Shown: piece after piece, positions 7,879 to 17,264 of the stretch
Layout of the letters: the number at the start of each line of letters is the position of its first letter
Position numbering within the stretch: position 1 is the first letter of the stretch
Assembly: GCA_947501605.1 (NCBI GenBank)
Contig: CANMWZ010000045.1
Coordinates: 1-29,967, forward strand
Direction of reading: 5' to 3'
DNA: 29,967 nt
Source of the DNA: Planctomycetota bacterium
GTDB taxonomy: Bacteria; Planctomycetota; UBA1135; UBA2386
Made by a program: the position numbers and the translations under genes
The notes under the pieces: generated by a model
What the model saw: the letters and a program-made list of their open reading frames with translations, nothing else
Database searches by the model: none
What the model was told of the DNA's origin: nothing

Positions 7879-8009
7879 CGGGGCGGGCGTCGCAGCGGCT
7901 GCGCGATCGCGTCGTGCCGCCGCCATTGCTGCCTGACGATGGCGATGGCGGTTGCGACCACCATGGCCAACGCGAACGCCACCGCTCGCAGGCTTCGAGT
8001 TCGTCCCAC
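7875..8009 (-). CDS. Possible 44-aa single-TM small protein
   Basis: GTG 8009 to TAG 7875: MGRTRSLRAVAFALAMVVATAIAIVRQQWRRHDAIAQPLRRPPR. Hydrophobic core flanked by Arg; no clear RBS. Confidence 0.3.
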   Translation of the reverse strand: MGRTRSLRAVAFALAMVVATAIAIVRQQWRRHDAIAQPLRRPPR

Positions 8010-8067
8010 GGTCGCGCGCTGCGGCCGTCAGGTCGGAGCCATCGAAGTTCGGTAGGTCTTCGCGCGC

Positions 8068-10848
8068 TCAGCGCCCCGCCGGTTCCAACCGGAACTGCGC
8101 CACCATCGCCTGCAGCTGCGAGGCCATTTCGGCAAGGTCCGACGACGCGCGTCCGGCGTCGGTCACGCCGCTCGCCGCGCGCGTCGCGGCCTGCGCCACG
8201 TTCGCGATCGAACTCGCGATGTCGTTGCTGCCCTTGGCGGCCTCCGTGATGCTGCGCGCGATCTCCTGCGTCGTCGCACTCTGCTCCTCGATTGCACTGC
8301 TGATCGAGTGTTGCGCCTCGTGGATCGAGTGGATCGTCTGCAGGATCTCCCCGATCGTCTGGCGCGCCACGGCGGTCTCGCTCTGGATCGAGTGCACGCG
8401 CTGTCCGATCTCGCCGGTCGCCTTGCTCGTCTGACCGGCGAGTTCCTTCACCTCGTTGGCGACGACGGCGAAGCCGCGGCCGTGCTCGCCGGCGCGCGCC
8501 GCCTCGATCGTCGCGTTGAGCGCCAGCAGGTTGGTCTGCGAGGCGATCTCCGCGATCAGCTTGAGCACCTGGCCGATGTCGTCGCTGCTCTTCTGCAGGC
8601 GATCCATCACCTGGCCCACGGCCCCGGCCTTGTCGACCGCCTGCTGCGCCACGGTCGTCGCGTGCGTCACGTTGTTGGCGATCTCTTTGACCGCCGCGAG
8701 CATCTCTTGCGACGCACTCGAGATGGACTGCAGGCTTTCGTCGACCGAGGCCGCGGCCTGCGTCACGACGCGGGCCTGTTCCGAGGTCTCCTCGATGCTC
8801 GAACCCATTTCCTTGCTGACGCGTGCGAGTTCGTCGGCTGCGCCGGTCAGCGAGTGCGAGTTGGTCGCGATCGACGAGACCGCCTCGCTCATCGCCGACA
8901 TGGCGCGATTCAGCGAGTCCTTCACCTTGGCGTGATCGCCCTGGTAGTCGCCGCTGATGCGAACGCTGAGGTCGCGAACGCCGATGCGCTCGATCACCGC
9001 GCGCGACTCCTCCATCGGCCGCGTGGTGCGGTCGAGCATGTTGTTGATGCCCTGGCAGAGGTCGCGGAAACTGCCCTCGAACTGGCTCGCGTCGGCGCGC
9101 ACCGACAGGTCGCCGCGTTCGGCGCCGGCCACGAGCTGGCTCGTCGCAGTGAGCAGCCGCTGCAGAACGTCTACGGTCCCGGCCACCGCCTTCTGCATGC
9201 GCAAGAACTCGCCGCGTCCGTCGGTCCGCAGCTGCACGTTGGTATCGCCGCGCGCGAGTCGCTGCATCGCCTCGCTGCAGGCGGCGACGGGCGCCGCGAC
9301 CTCGGCCATCATGCCGTTGATGCCGTCGCAGAGTTCCTTGTAGCTGCCGCGGTATTCCCTCGTGTCGGCGCGTTCGTCGAGGCGGCCGTCGCGGCTCGCC
9401 TCGATGAGGCGACGCGTGTCGCCGACCATCGAACGCAGCACCGACGTCGTCTGTGCGAGCGCGTCGCGGATCGGCCGGAGATCGCCCGGGAATTCGCCTA
9501 TCACCTTCGCCTCGAGGTCGCCGGCGGCGACCGAGGCCAGCACCTTCGCGGTCTCCTGCAGCGGTGCGGCGATCTGGGCGAACATCTCGTTGACGCCAGC
9601 GCACAGTTCGCGATACCCGCCCTCGAAGCGATCCGCGTCGGCGCGCTTCTGCAGTTCGCCGCGGCGCGAGGCGTCGATCAGACTGCGGGTCTCGGCGAGC
9701 ACGCCGACGAGCACGTCGACCGTGCGATTGAGCGAACGCGCCATCTCGTCGAGTTCGCCGCCATTGCCTTCCTCGAGCTTCTGCGACAGGTCGCCCTTTG
9801 CGACGGCACCGAGCACCTCGGCCGTGCGCCGCACGGGCGCGCTGATGCGCGTGGCGATGCGCCGGGCGGCGAACAGGATCACGCCGACGGCGGCCCCCAT
9901 CAGCAGCAGCACCTCGTTGCGCAACGCGGTGGCCCGCGCGAAGGCGACTTCGGCGCTCTGTCCCAGCGACGCGACCCAGCCGTAGCCCGGATACGCGTCG
10001 TAGCCCTTCGAGGCCGCGAAGCCCATCACGGTGTCGGAGCCGTCGCTTGGGTCCCTCTCGCGCGTCCACCCCGCCTCGCCGTTGCTGCCGCGGCTCGCCG
10101 CCTCGGAACCGCCGGCCACGAGGTTCTCGGTCAGCACGTCGTCCTCGTCGGCGTCCTCGAGCACGAGGCCGTCCTTCGCCGTCACGTGCGCGTGCGCCTC
10201 GATGCCTTGCTGCTTCAGCGTCGTGCAGGTCTCCTGCAGGATCTGGCCAACGATGCGTTCCCACGACGCGCGGTTGGACCACACGCGGACGACCTTGCCG
10301 TTCTCGTCGCGAACGGGCGCGGAGAAGGACAGCGCCAGTTCGTGCGTGCCGCGCAGCTCATCGACGAATGCATCACGGCACGGAGGCCCGCAGTGCGCCC
10401 TGCCCGGTGCGATCTCGCCCGCCATGCACGCCTCGAACCATGGCTCGCCCTTCACGTTCTTGCCGACGATCGCCGTCGTGTCGAGTGGCTGCCCGGTCTC
10501 CGTCACGGTGTTCGCTGCGATCACCGTTCCGTCGGCGTCGGCTACGAGCATCAGGTCGTAGAGCACGTAGGCCTGCATGTAGAAGTTGGCGGCCCTCTCC
10601 ACCTCCTCCTTCGTGCCGCGCGCGAACGGATGGAACGCAAAGGCCTGCACGTCGCCGTAGCGCTCGAACAGGTTGCGATCGATCTTCTGGATCGCGCCCT
10701 GCGCCTCGGCCCGCAATCGATCGCCCGCGTTGGTCTCCAGCGAAGCGCTCGAACGCAGATAGGCCACGGTGCCGACGACGGCGACGGGCACGAGACCGAG
10801 GACGAGAAAGGCTGCGGTCAGTCGACCGCGGATACTGGTGGGGAGCAT
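8068..10848 (-). CDS. Methyl-accepting chemotaxis protein with Cache-like sensor and multiple HAMP repeats
   Basis: TM1, periplasmic [15 protein letters not shown] region, TM2, repeated G[DE]L..R/K..D...[FY].G.[YF]..L..G[IV]N HAMP units, and signalling hairpin [37 protein letters not shown]. Confidence 0.95.
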   Translation of the reverse strand: MLPTSIRGRLTAAFLVLGLVPVAVVGTVAYLRSSASLETNAGDRLRAEAQGAIQKIDRNLFERYGDVQAFAFHPFARGTKEEVERAANFYMQAYVLYDLMLVADADGTVIAANTVTETGQPLDTTAIVGKNVKGEPWFEACMAGEIAPGRAHCGPPCRDAFVDELRGTHELALSFSAPVRDENGKVVRVWSNRASWERIVGQILQETCTTLKQQGIEAHAHVTAKDGLVLEDADEDDVLTENLVAGGSEAASRGSNGEAGWTRERDPSDGSDTVMGFAASKGYDAYPGYGWVASLGQSAEVAFARATALRNEVLLLMGAAVGVILFAARRIATRISAPVRRTAEVLGAVAKGDLSQKLEEGNGGELDEMARSLNRTVDVLVGVLAETRSLIDASRRGELQKRADADRFEGGYRELCAGVNEMFAQIAAPLQETAKVLASVAAGDLEAKVIGEFPGDLRPIRDALAQTTSVLRSMVGDTRRLIEASRDGRLDERADTREYRGSYKELCDGINGMMAEVAAPVAACSEAMQRLARGDTNVQLRTDGRGEFLRMQKAVAGTVDVLQRLLTATSQLVAGAERGDLSVRADASQFEGSFRDLCQGINNMLDRTTRPMEESRAVIERIGVRDLSVRISGDYQGDHAKVKDSLNRAMSAMSEAVSSIATNSHSLTGAADELARVSKEMGSSIEETSEQARVVTQAAASVDESLQSISSASQEMLAAVKEIANNVTHATTVAQQAVDKAGAVGQVMDRLQKSSDDIGQVLKLIAEIASQTNLLALNATIEAARAGEHGRGFAVVANEVKELAGQTSKATGEIGQRVHSIQSETAVARQTIGEILQTIHSIHEAQHSISSAIEEQSATTQEIARSITEAAKGSNDIASSIANVAQAATRAASGVTDAGRASSDLAEMASQLQAMVAQFRLEPAGR

Positions 10849-11065
10849 CGCTCGCTGCGGAGACCCAAAGGGATCTATGCCCGTTGTTCGGGGTTTGGCA
10901 CGAGGAACCCCACGCGCAGAAGTCCGTAGCCAAGGCTCGCTTTCGCCCTCTGCGTAGGCGATCTACGCCCACCGTCGTAGAGGTCTCACCGGAAAGCGAT
11001 CGATGCGACCGGATCGCGGTGATGGTTCCGGTCGCGCGGCGGTGACGACCACCCGCGCACTGCCG

Positions 11066-11123
11066 CACGACTACTATCTCGCTCTGCGCGCGGATGGTCC
11101 GAGAGCGCCTTTGGAGTTCCGAT
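11066..11123 (+). repeat. Dispersed oriIS-like element, copy D
   Basis: cacgactactatctcgctctgcgcgcggatggtccgagagcgcctttggagttccgat aligns gaplessly to copies A and B and near-identically to copy C. Confidence 0.75.
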
Positions 11124-11153
11124 GGCGCTACGAAGGTCGGTTGCGCACCTGCG

Positions 11154-12041
11154 TCATGCGCTGCGGAACGCCCGCTCCGGCATCGGCACGACCATCACGG
11201 GGTGCAGGCTGTGCTTGCAGACTCGGTAGGCAGTGCTACCGATCACGGTTCGTAGCAGCGCCGAGTGGCCGTGCGTGCCGACCACAACCACATCCCCTTC
11301 GCGACTCTGCTTCTGCAGCACCTGCCATGGTTCACCGTCCGAGAACTCGGCCTCCAGCCGCGACGGGTACGTGGTGCGCAGATCGGCGACGATGCGTTCG
11401 AACGCTGCCATGCTGTCCTTGCGCAGTTGGTCGACCGCAAAGTAGGGCTCGATCCCGGACGCCAGCGTCGGCAGCTCGAACGCGTGCACGACCTTCAGCG
11501 ACGCGCCGAGTCGGGTCGCGAGCTCGAGCGCCGCACGCACCACGGTGTCGGTCTGCGGTGACAAGTCGACGCCGACAGTCACGCGCCGCAGCATTTCGAA
11601 GTCGTGGCTCTGGATCCAAACCGGGCAGTGCGCCTTCGCCAGCACCGATCGCGCCGTGGCGCCGAAGTGCAGAAAGCCGAGTTCGCGATGGCCGCCAAGC
11701 GCGATCAGGTCCGTCGGTCGATCGGCCTTCTGCACCAGCAGCTCGGCAGGCTGACCTTCCTTCACCTCGACAAGCCCTTCGATGTCGTCCATCGGCAGGT
11801 CATGACACCGCAAGGTGGCGGCGAGTCGCTGGACAAACGCCTGCTTGCGGGCCGCGAGGCTCTGCACCTTGGTCGCTTCCCATGCGGCCATCGCCGCCTG
11901 GGACCAACTGCGCCAGAACATCGAGATCGCATGCACGAAGTGCACTTCACTGCCAAAGCGCTGCTGCAGGCGCACCGCCGCGACGGCAGCGCGGTCGCCT
12001 GCGCCTTCTCGGTCGATGCCGACGAAGATGCGTGAGAACAC
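11154..12041 (-). CDS. Universal stress protein (two USP domains)
   Basis: Two repeats of I/V-x-VG-[IV]D...[FV]VHA...G-x-P....DL/VV.G.HG...G[AS]TA..V......PV. Confidence 0.9.
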   Translation of the reverse strand: MFSRIFVGIDREGAGDRAAVAAVRLQQRFGSEVHFVHAISMFWRSWSQAAMAAWEATKVQSLAARKQAFVQRLAATLRCHDLPMDDIEGLVEVKEGQPAELLVQKADRPTDLIALGGHRELGFLHFGATARSVLAKAHCPVWIQSHDFEMLRRVTVGVDLSPQTDTVVRAALELATRLGASLKVVHAFELPTLASGIEPYFAVDQLRKDSMAAFERIVADLRTTYPSRLEAEFSDGEPWQVLQKQSREGDVVVVGTHGHSALLRTVIGSTAYRVCKHSLHPVMVVPMPERAFRSA

Positions 12042-12172
12042 GGTTCACCTCCACGCCGCAAGATCGCGGTACGGAGAGGGTAGGGCATCGCCACGGATGG
12101 ACCATGCCGCGCATGGCGTAGCTGGCGAGAGCTACGTGGCCACCGCCATCGGCGCTGGGCTCAGCCCCTCTG

Positions 12173-12303
12173 GTGCATCGAGACGATGCTTCGTCCGTTC
12201 GCACCGCGTCACCTTGGTCTTGCCGGACGCGGCATTCAACGCTTCGGCGGTGTTGGTGTTGGTCTTGACCTTGGTGTCCCGCAGACCGTTCGTCTCGATG
12301 CAC
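12173..12303. repeat. 14-bp perfect inverted repeat enclosing ~103 nt
   Basis: gtgcatcgagacga (12173-12186) / tcgtctcgatgcac (12290-12303). Confidence 0.6.
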
Positions 12304-12350
12304 TCCAACGATGCGTCAAAACGGACCGGAACCCGGCCAGAGTGTGACGT

Positions 12351-12479
12351 TCACTGGGCGGGGATGGTGATCAACGGCAGCTTGTCGTTGCCACCTGTTT
12401 CCGCGAGCGTGAAGAAGAACATCACCGCGGTGAGCGCGCGCTTCGTCAGCCAGTCGCCCTCCTCGATCCAGAACCAGTG
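12351..12479 (-). pseudogene. 3' fragment of an unrelated hypothetical protein gene fused to truncated rtcA
   Basis: Reads [39 protein letters not shown], then with one base restored PAQ-stop (TGA 12351-12353). The protein-like C-terminus is in a different frame from rtcA. Family recognition is from memory only. Confidence 0.5.
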
Positions 12480-12480
12480 C

Positions 12481-12648
12481 CTTTGCCGCGAGCACCGCCG
12501 TGAGGTGTTGCCGCTGCAGCCCGGGCTTCGGCCGCCCGGCGCGCACGTTGGTGAGCGTGAAGGGTTGGCCCGTGACCAGTGCGAGCGACAGCGCGGTGCG
12601 CAGCACCTGGCCGCCGCCTTCGCCCGCGGCTCCGTCCAGTGCGATCAC
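12481..12648 (-). pseudogene. rtcA: RNA 3'-terminal phosphate cyclase, 5' fragment (56 codons)
   Basis: [29 protein letters not shown]...[19 protein letters not shown] is the RtcA N-terminus, starting 3 nt after the rtcB stop. Similarity stops abruptly at ~12481; full RtcA is ~340 aa. Confidence 0.9.
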
Positions 12649-12651
12649 GGT

Positions 12652-13872
12652 TCAGCCCTTCACGCAGACGACTTGCTTCAGCGTGTGCACGACCTCGACG
12701 AGGTCTTGCTGGGCCGCCATCACCGTGTCGATGTCCTTGTAGGCCATCGGCGTTTCGTCGATGACGGCTGCGTCCTTGCGGCACTCGACGCCTGCGGTCG
12801 CGGCGATGTGGTCCTCGACGGTGTAGCGCCGGAACGCCTCGCCGCGCGAGATCGCGCGACCAGCACCGTGACTGCACGAGTGGAAGCTGTCGACGTTGCC
12901 CTTGCCGCGCACGATGAACGACTTTGCGCCCATCGAACCCGGGATGATGCCGAGTTCGCCCTTGGCCGCGCTCACGGCGCCCTTGCGCGTGACGAACACC
13001 GACGCGCCGAAGTGCTCCTCTTGTTGCACGTAGTTGTGGTGGCAGTTCACCGCCACTTCGCCGTGCGCGAACTTGGGCAGGCCATAGAACCGCTGCAGCG
13101 CTTCTAGGATCGAGGCCATCATCAGATCGCGGTTCTCGCGCGCAAACTTCTGCGCCCACGACACCGCGAACACGTAGTCGTCGAAGTGCTCGGCGCCTTC
13201 GGTGAAGTAGGCGAGGTCCTTGTCCGGCAGATTGCCGAGCTCTCGCTTCATGTCCTTCTTGGCGAGATCGATGAAGTGCATGCCGATGCGATTGCCGACG
13301 CCGCGCGAGCCGCTGTGGAGCATCACCCAGACGCGCTGCGCCTCGTCGAGGCAGACCTCGACGAAGTGGTTGCCGCCGCCGAGCGTGCCGAGGTGCTGCG
13401 CGGTCGAGCCGCGATCGAGCTTCGGATGCCGTTCGAGGATCCGTTCGTAGCCCATGTGCAGTCGTTTCCAGGCGTCCTCGGCGCGCGCCGGCAGGTTGGC
13501 CCAGGCGCCGCGGTCGCCCTTGCCGCCACCGTTGGTGCGGCCGTGCGGCACGACGCGCTCGATCAACGAACGCAGGCCCTTGAGGTCGTCGGGTAGGTCG
13601 CTGGCGGTGAGCGTCGTGCGCACCGCCATCATGCCGCAGCCGATGTCGACGCCGACGGCGGCGGGGATGATGGCGCCCTTGGTCGGGATCACGCTGCCGA
13701 CGGTCGCGCCGATGCCCCAGTGCACGTCGGGCATCGCCGCGACGTGGCCGTGCACGATCGGCAGCCGCGCCACGTTGCGCAGTTGGGCGAGAGCCTTGTC
13801 GTCGGCGACCACGCCGCGGATCCAGGCCTTGATTGGGACACCTTCGGTGTCGAATGAGACGAACGAGTCCAT
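12652..13872 (-). CDS. rtcB: RNA-splicing/repair ligase RtcB
   Basis: All hallmark motifs present: MPDVH, VGVDIGCG, GTLGGGNHFVE, HSGSRG, HHNY, RKGA, IIPGSMG, SCSHGAGR, DETP.AYK; 406 aa. Confidence 0.97.
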   Translation of the reverse strand: MDSFVSFDTEGVPIKAWIRGVVADDKALAQLRNVARLPIVHGHVAAMPDVHWGIGATVGSVIPTKGAIIPAAVGVDIGCGMMAVRTTLTASDLPDDLKGLRSLIERVVPHGRTNGGGKGDRGAWANLPARAEDAWKRLHMGYERILERHPKLDRGSTAQHLGTLGGGNHFVEVCLDEAQRVWVMLHSGSRGVGNRIGMHFIDLAKKDMKRELGNLPDKDLAYFTEGAEHFDDYVFAVSWAQKFARENRDLMMASILEALQRFYGLPKFAHGEVAVNCHHNYVQQEEHFGASVFVTRKGAVSAAKGELGIIPGSMGAKSFIVRGKGNVDSFHSCSHGAGRAISRGEAFRRYTVEDHIAATAGVECRKDAAVIDETPMAYKDIDTVMAAQQDLVEVVHTLKQVVCVKG

Positions 13873-13970
13873 GATGCGATCGGGTCGGTAGGAGTGGTAT
13901 CCGATGGAGGGCTGATCAGGCGCTATCAGAGTGGGAAGAGTCCGAGGCCTTGAGTTCGGCTACCGCCGGC

Positions 13971-13985
13971 TCGAAAGGCGTGCCA
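13971..13985 (-). promoter_or_regulatory. Degenerate sigma54 (-24/-12) promoter of rtcB
   Basis: Minus strand TGGCACGCCTTTCGA: perfect TGGCACG -24 box, but GG-N10-GA instead of GG-N10-GC. It lies ~100 nt upstream of rtcB, next to a divergent rtcR remnant, as expected for the RtcR/sigma54-controlled rtcBA operon. Confidence 0.6.
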
Positions 13986-14072
13986 CCAAGCCCGGCCGTC
14001 GTCGACGAGGTCGTCGATGCGAAGGCGCATGCCGCGGTCGTCGAGCACTTCGAGATCATCGAACCAGAGGCA

Positions 14073-14466
14073 CAGATCGAGGTGGTGGCGCTCCTGTCGA
14101 AAGCACCGATCCTGCTTATGGGCCCGACCGGTGCTGGCAAGTCGTAACTGCGCGACGATCCGCAGCGATGCGGCCCATTCGCTGCTGTTCGGTCACGAGA
14201 AGGGCGCGTTCACTGGAGCGCTGCAGGCGCGCAGCGGGCTGTCATGCACGGCGCACACGGGCCTGTTGCTTCTCGACGAGATCGACGAACTCGAGCTCGC
14301 GGAGGTCATCCGCTGCATTCGTCGCCGAAGCACCTTGTCGGCCGCAGGGTGCTAGCTGTTCGCGGTGACCCGACAGCAGCGGACCACGACCAACGATGCC
14401 GACCGACTGCGGAACCACCTGACGCGCTTTCATCTCGAACATGCGCGCGTGGTCGACGGTGGCTGA
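14073..14466 (+). pseudogene. rtcR: sigma54-dependent activator RtcR, internally deleted remnant
   Basis: Three RtcR pieces in order: QIEVVALLSKAPILLMGPTGAGKS (Walker A); frameshifted NCATIRSDAAHSLLFGHEKGAFTGA..LLLLDEI (GAFTGA + Walker B); and LAEVIRCIRRRSTLSAAGC*LFAVTRQQRTTTNDADRLRNHLTRF (C-terminal HTH, TAG at 14353-14355). Divergent from rtcB. Confidence 0.9.
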
Positions 14467-14803
14467 GAGGTCCGATCTGCTGTTCGACGGCTGCAACTCG
14501 AGCCGCAACGGGACCATCGTCACGCACCGCCGGCCGAGATGTCACAGACTCCTGCACGCCGCGTGTTGGTGTTGCCGCGCTCCCGGCCCCGTTGGTCGAA
14601 ACGACGATGGCGACGATGGCCAGCACCAACGCAGTCGACGCGAGCCTCAGGGGAGCACGAGTTGTCGTCACGCAATCAACGATAGTCACCGAGGAACCTC
14701 CCCCCGCCGGCGGTCCCCCGCGCCGCGGCGAGACGGCGCCGTGCGGCGCAAAGCCGGGGTGAAAACACCGTCACCACGCCACCATTCGCCGAGCGTAGAG
14801 CGC

Positions 14804-16081
14804 TCACTCCGGCATCTTGACGAACCGCTCGCGCGCCGCGCGTTCGAGCGCTTCGCGGTGCTGCGGCGCGGCAATGCCGATCAGCGCCTTCGCGCGCTGG
14901 CGCAGGTTCTTGCCGCGCAGATCGACCGCGCCATGCTCCGTCACGACCCAGTGCACGTGCGCCCGCGTCGTCACGACGCCCGCTCCTGGTTTCAGCACCG
15001 GCACGATGCGCGAGATGCCTGTGCTCGTCGTCGACGGCAGCGCGATCACCGGCTTGCCGCCTTGCGACATCGCTGCACCGCGCATGAAGTCCATCTGCCC
15101 GCCGACGCCCGAGAACATCTGCGTGCCGATCGAATCGGCGCACACCTGACCGGTCAGGTCGATCTCGATCGCACTGTTGATCGCGACCACCTTCGGGTTG
15201 CGACGGATGACGCCCGGATCGTTCACGTAGGCGATGTCGAGCATCGCTACCTGCGGGTTGTCGTCGAGGAAGTCGTAGAGCTTGCGCGTGCCCATCGCGA
15301 AGCCGGCGACCAGCTTGCCCGGATGCGTGCGCTTGTTGCTCCCGTTGATGACGCCGCGCTGCACCAGCGGCAACACGCCGTCGGAGAACATCTCGCTGTG
15401 GACGCCAAGATCCTCGTGTGACTCGAGCTCGGCCAAAACCGCGTCGGGGATGCTGCCGATGCCCAGCTGCAGCGTGGCGCCGTTCTCGATCAGCGCCGCA
15501 CAGTGGCGACCGATCGCTTGTTCGACCGGACCGCCGCGGACGTGCGGTGACTCCGGCAACGGCTCGTCGACCAGCACCGCGGCCGTGAAGCGGCTGCTGT
15601 GCACGAGGCCATCGCCGTGAGTGCGCGGCATGCGCGGGTTCACCTGTGCGACGACCAAGGTCGCCGAGTCGAGGGCGGCGCGCGCGATGTCGACCGACAC
15701 GCCGAGCGAGCAGTAGCCGTGGCGATCCGGCGGCGACACGTGCACCAGCGCCACGTCCAGCGCCAGCACGCGTTCGCGGAACAGCGACGGCATCTCGCTC
15801 AGGAACGCCGGCACGTAGTCGGCATCGCCGCGCGCCACAGCCTGACGAAGGTTGGCCCCAAGGAACAGTGCGTTGTGGTGAAACGCCGCCGCCATGTCCG
15901 GCGCGGCACAAGGCGCATTCCCTTCGGTGTGCAAGTGCACCAACTCGACGTCACGCAGTTCGCTGGCGCGGTCCGCAAGGGCGCGCAGCAAGACCAGCGG
16001 AGTGGCCGAGGCGCCGTGCACGAACACGCGCTGCCCCGAGTTGATGTACTTGACAGCTTCCTGGGCCGACAACGTTCGCAT
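14804..16081 (-). CDS. Acetyl-CoA hydrolase/transferase family protein (4-hydroxybutyrate CoA-transferase-like)
   Basis: Motifs VSPPDRHGYCSLG, LQLGIGSIPDAV, DLGVHSEMFSDG (catalytic Glu), INSAIEIDLTGQVCADS, SGVGGQMDF, VTEHG..DLRGK. Confidence 0.93.
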   Translation of the reverse strand: MRTLSAQEAVKYINSGQRVFVHGASATPLVLLRALADRASELRDVELVHLHTEGNAPCAAPDMAAAFHHNALFLGANLRQAVARGDADYVPAFLSEMPSLFRERVLALDVALVHVSPPDRHGYCSLGVSVDIARAALDSATLVVAQVNPRMPRTHGDGLVHSSRFTAAVLVDEPLPESPHVRGGPVEQAIGRHCAALIENGATLQLGIGSIPDAVLAELESHEDLGVHSEMFSDGVLPLVQRGVINGSNKRTHPGKLVAGFAMGTRKLYDFLDDNPQVAMLDIAYVNDPGVIRRNPKVVAINSAIEIDLTGQVCADSIGTQMFSGVGGQMDFMRGAAMSQGGKPVIALPSTTSTGISRIVPVLKPGAGVVTTRAHVHWVVTEHGAVDLRGKNLRQRAKALIGIAAPQHREALERAARERFVKMPE

Positions 16082-16367
16082 GCCACGATCAGGCCACGGC
16101 AATGCCCCGCGCGCCATGGGCTATCAGCCGGTCTCGCGATGCGAAGGTGTTCACCAAGGCCCTCGACACTTGGGAACTGCATCCTCAGCAGAGCACTCTC
16201 GCTTCGACGGCCGCCAGCGAAGGCGCTCCCTGCAGGCCACGTCGCGGACCCAACCACCACGACCACCCGCCCGCTCGGTGCTCGGGTCAGCCGGGAGCCA
16301 TGATGCTCTTCGTACAGGTCCGCCGGCTGACCGTCGCCATCGCCGCTCGAAGCCCTAGCATGACCCT

Positions 16368-17264
16368 GTGACCGATGACTTGCTGACTTCGCTACCACGC
16401 GTCGCCGACGTCGAGATCGTGCGCGGCGCCCGAGCCGATGGGCCACCGCAGTTCTTGTTCGAGATGCCGCACGGCGCCACGCGCGCGGCCCACTTCGACG
16501 ACCTGCGATCGGAACTGCACGGCGACTACCCGAGCGACCTACGCGACTTCTTCTTCGTCAACACCGACGTCGGCGCGCCGGAGCTGGCGCGGCGGACGGC
16601 CGAGTTCCTGGTCGCGCAGCGGCCGTCGTGCAGCGCGATGCTGCTGACCGCGCGCATCCCGCGCACCTTCGTCGACTGCAACCGCGTGATCGATGCGGAC
16701 GAGCATCAGAGTCCAACCGGCATGACGCCGGGTCTGCATGCCTGGGTGCGCGACCCGCGCGACCGCGCGTTGTTGATCGCGCGCCATACTGCCTATCGCC
16801 AACTGGCGGAGCGCGCGTTCGCGCTGGTGTGTGCACGTGGCGGTCTCGGCGTGATGCTGCACACCTACGCGCCGCGCAGCATCGACGTGCCCGTCGACGA
16901 CCACGTCGTCTTGCACCTGCGTGCGGCCTATCGACCCGAGACCATCGGCACATGGCCGCTGCGGCCAGCGATCGACCTGATCGCGGCGACGCCGGACGGT
17001 CGCACGCTAGCCGACGAGAACCTGCTCGCGGCAGTGCGTCGCGAGGGCGCCGCGGCCGGCCTCGAGGTCGCGACCAACAACACCTATCCGCTGCATCCGA
17101 GCACCCTGGCCTTCGCGTTCGCCGAGCGCCACCCGCGCCACACGCTGTGCCTCGAGGTGCGCCGCGATCTGCTCGTGCGCGAGTTCACGCCGTTCGCCGA
17201 GATGATCGCGGACCACGAGCGCGTCGATCGCGTGGCGCGGCTACTCGCCAATGCAATCGGCTAG
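16368..17264 (+). CDS. N-formylglutamate amidohydrolase family protein
   Basis: Motifs E.PHG, NTD, PR.FVDCNR, H..Y, LHTY, LEVRRDL typical of the FGase-like Zn-peptidase fold. Confidence 0.7.
   Translation: MTDDLLTSLPRVADVEIVRGARADGPPQFLFEMPHGATRAAHFDDLRSELHGDYPSDLRDFFFVNTDVGAPELARRTAEFLVAQRPSCSAMLLTARIPRTFVDCNRVIDADEHQSPTGMTPGLHAWVRDPRDRALLIARHTAYRQLAERAFALVCARGGLGVMLHTYAPRSIDVPVDDHVVLHLRAAYRPETIGTWPLRPAIDLIAATPDGRTLADENLLAAVRREGAAAGLEVATNNTYPLHPSTLAFAFAERHPRHTLCLEVRRDLLVREFTPFAEMIADHERVDRVARLLANAIG

Noticed and set aside
10896..10912. TGGCACG near the MCP start as a sigma54 promoter
   Set aside because: Wrong strand for the MCP and no -12 GC at the required spacing.
143..13872. tgt + helicase + Fic + RtcB as one RNA-repair or defence system
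   Set aside because: Different strands, separated by unrelated genes and mobile-element scars, and tgt is dead; co-location looks incidental.
14470..14671. Minus-strand signal-peptide-like ORF start (VTTTRAPLRLASTALVLAIVAIVV...)
   Set aside because: Runs into the antisense of the rtcR remnant with no recognisable domain; possibly a truncated gene, but unsupported.
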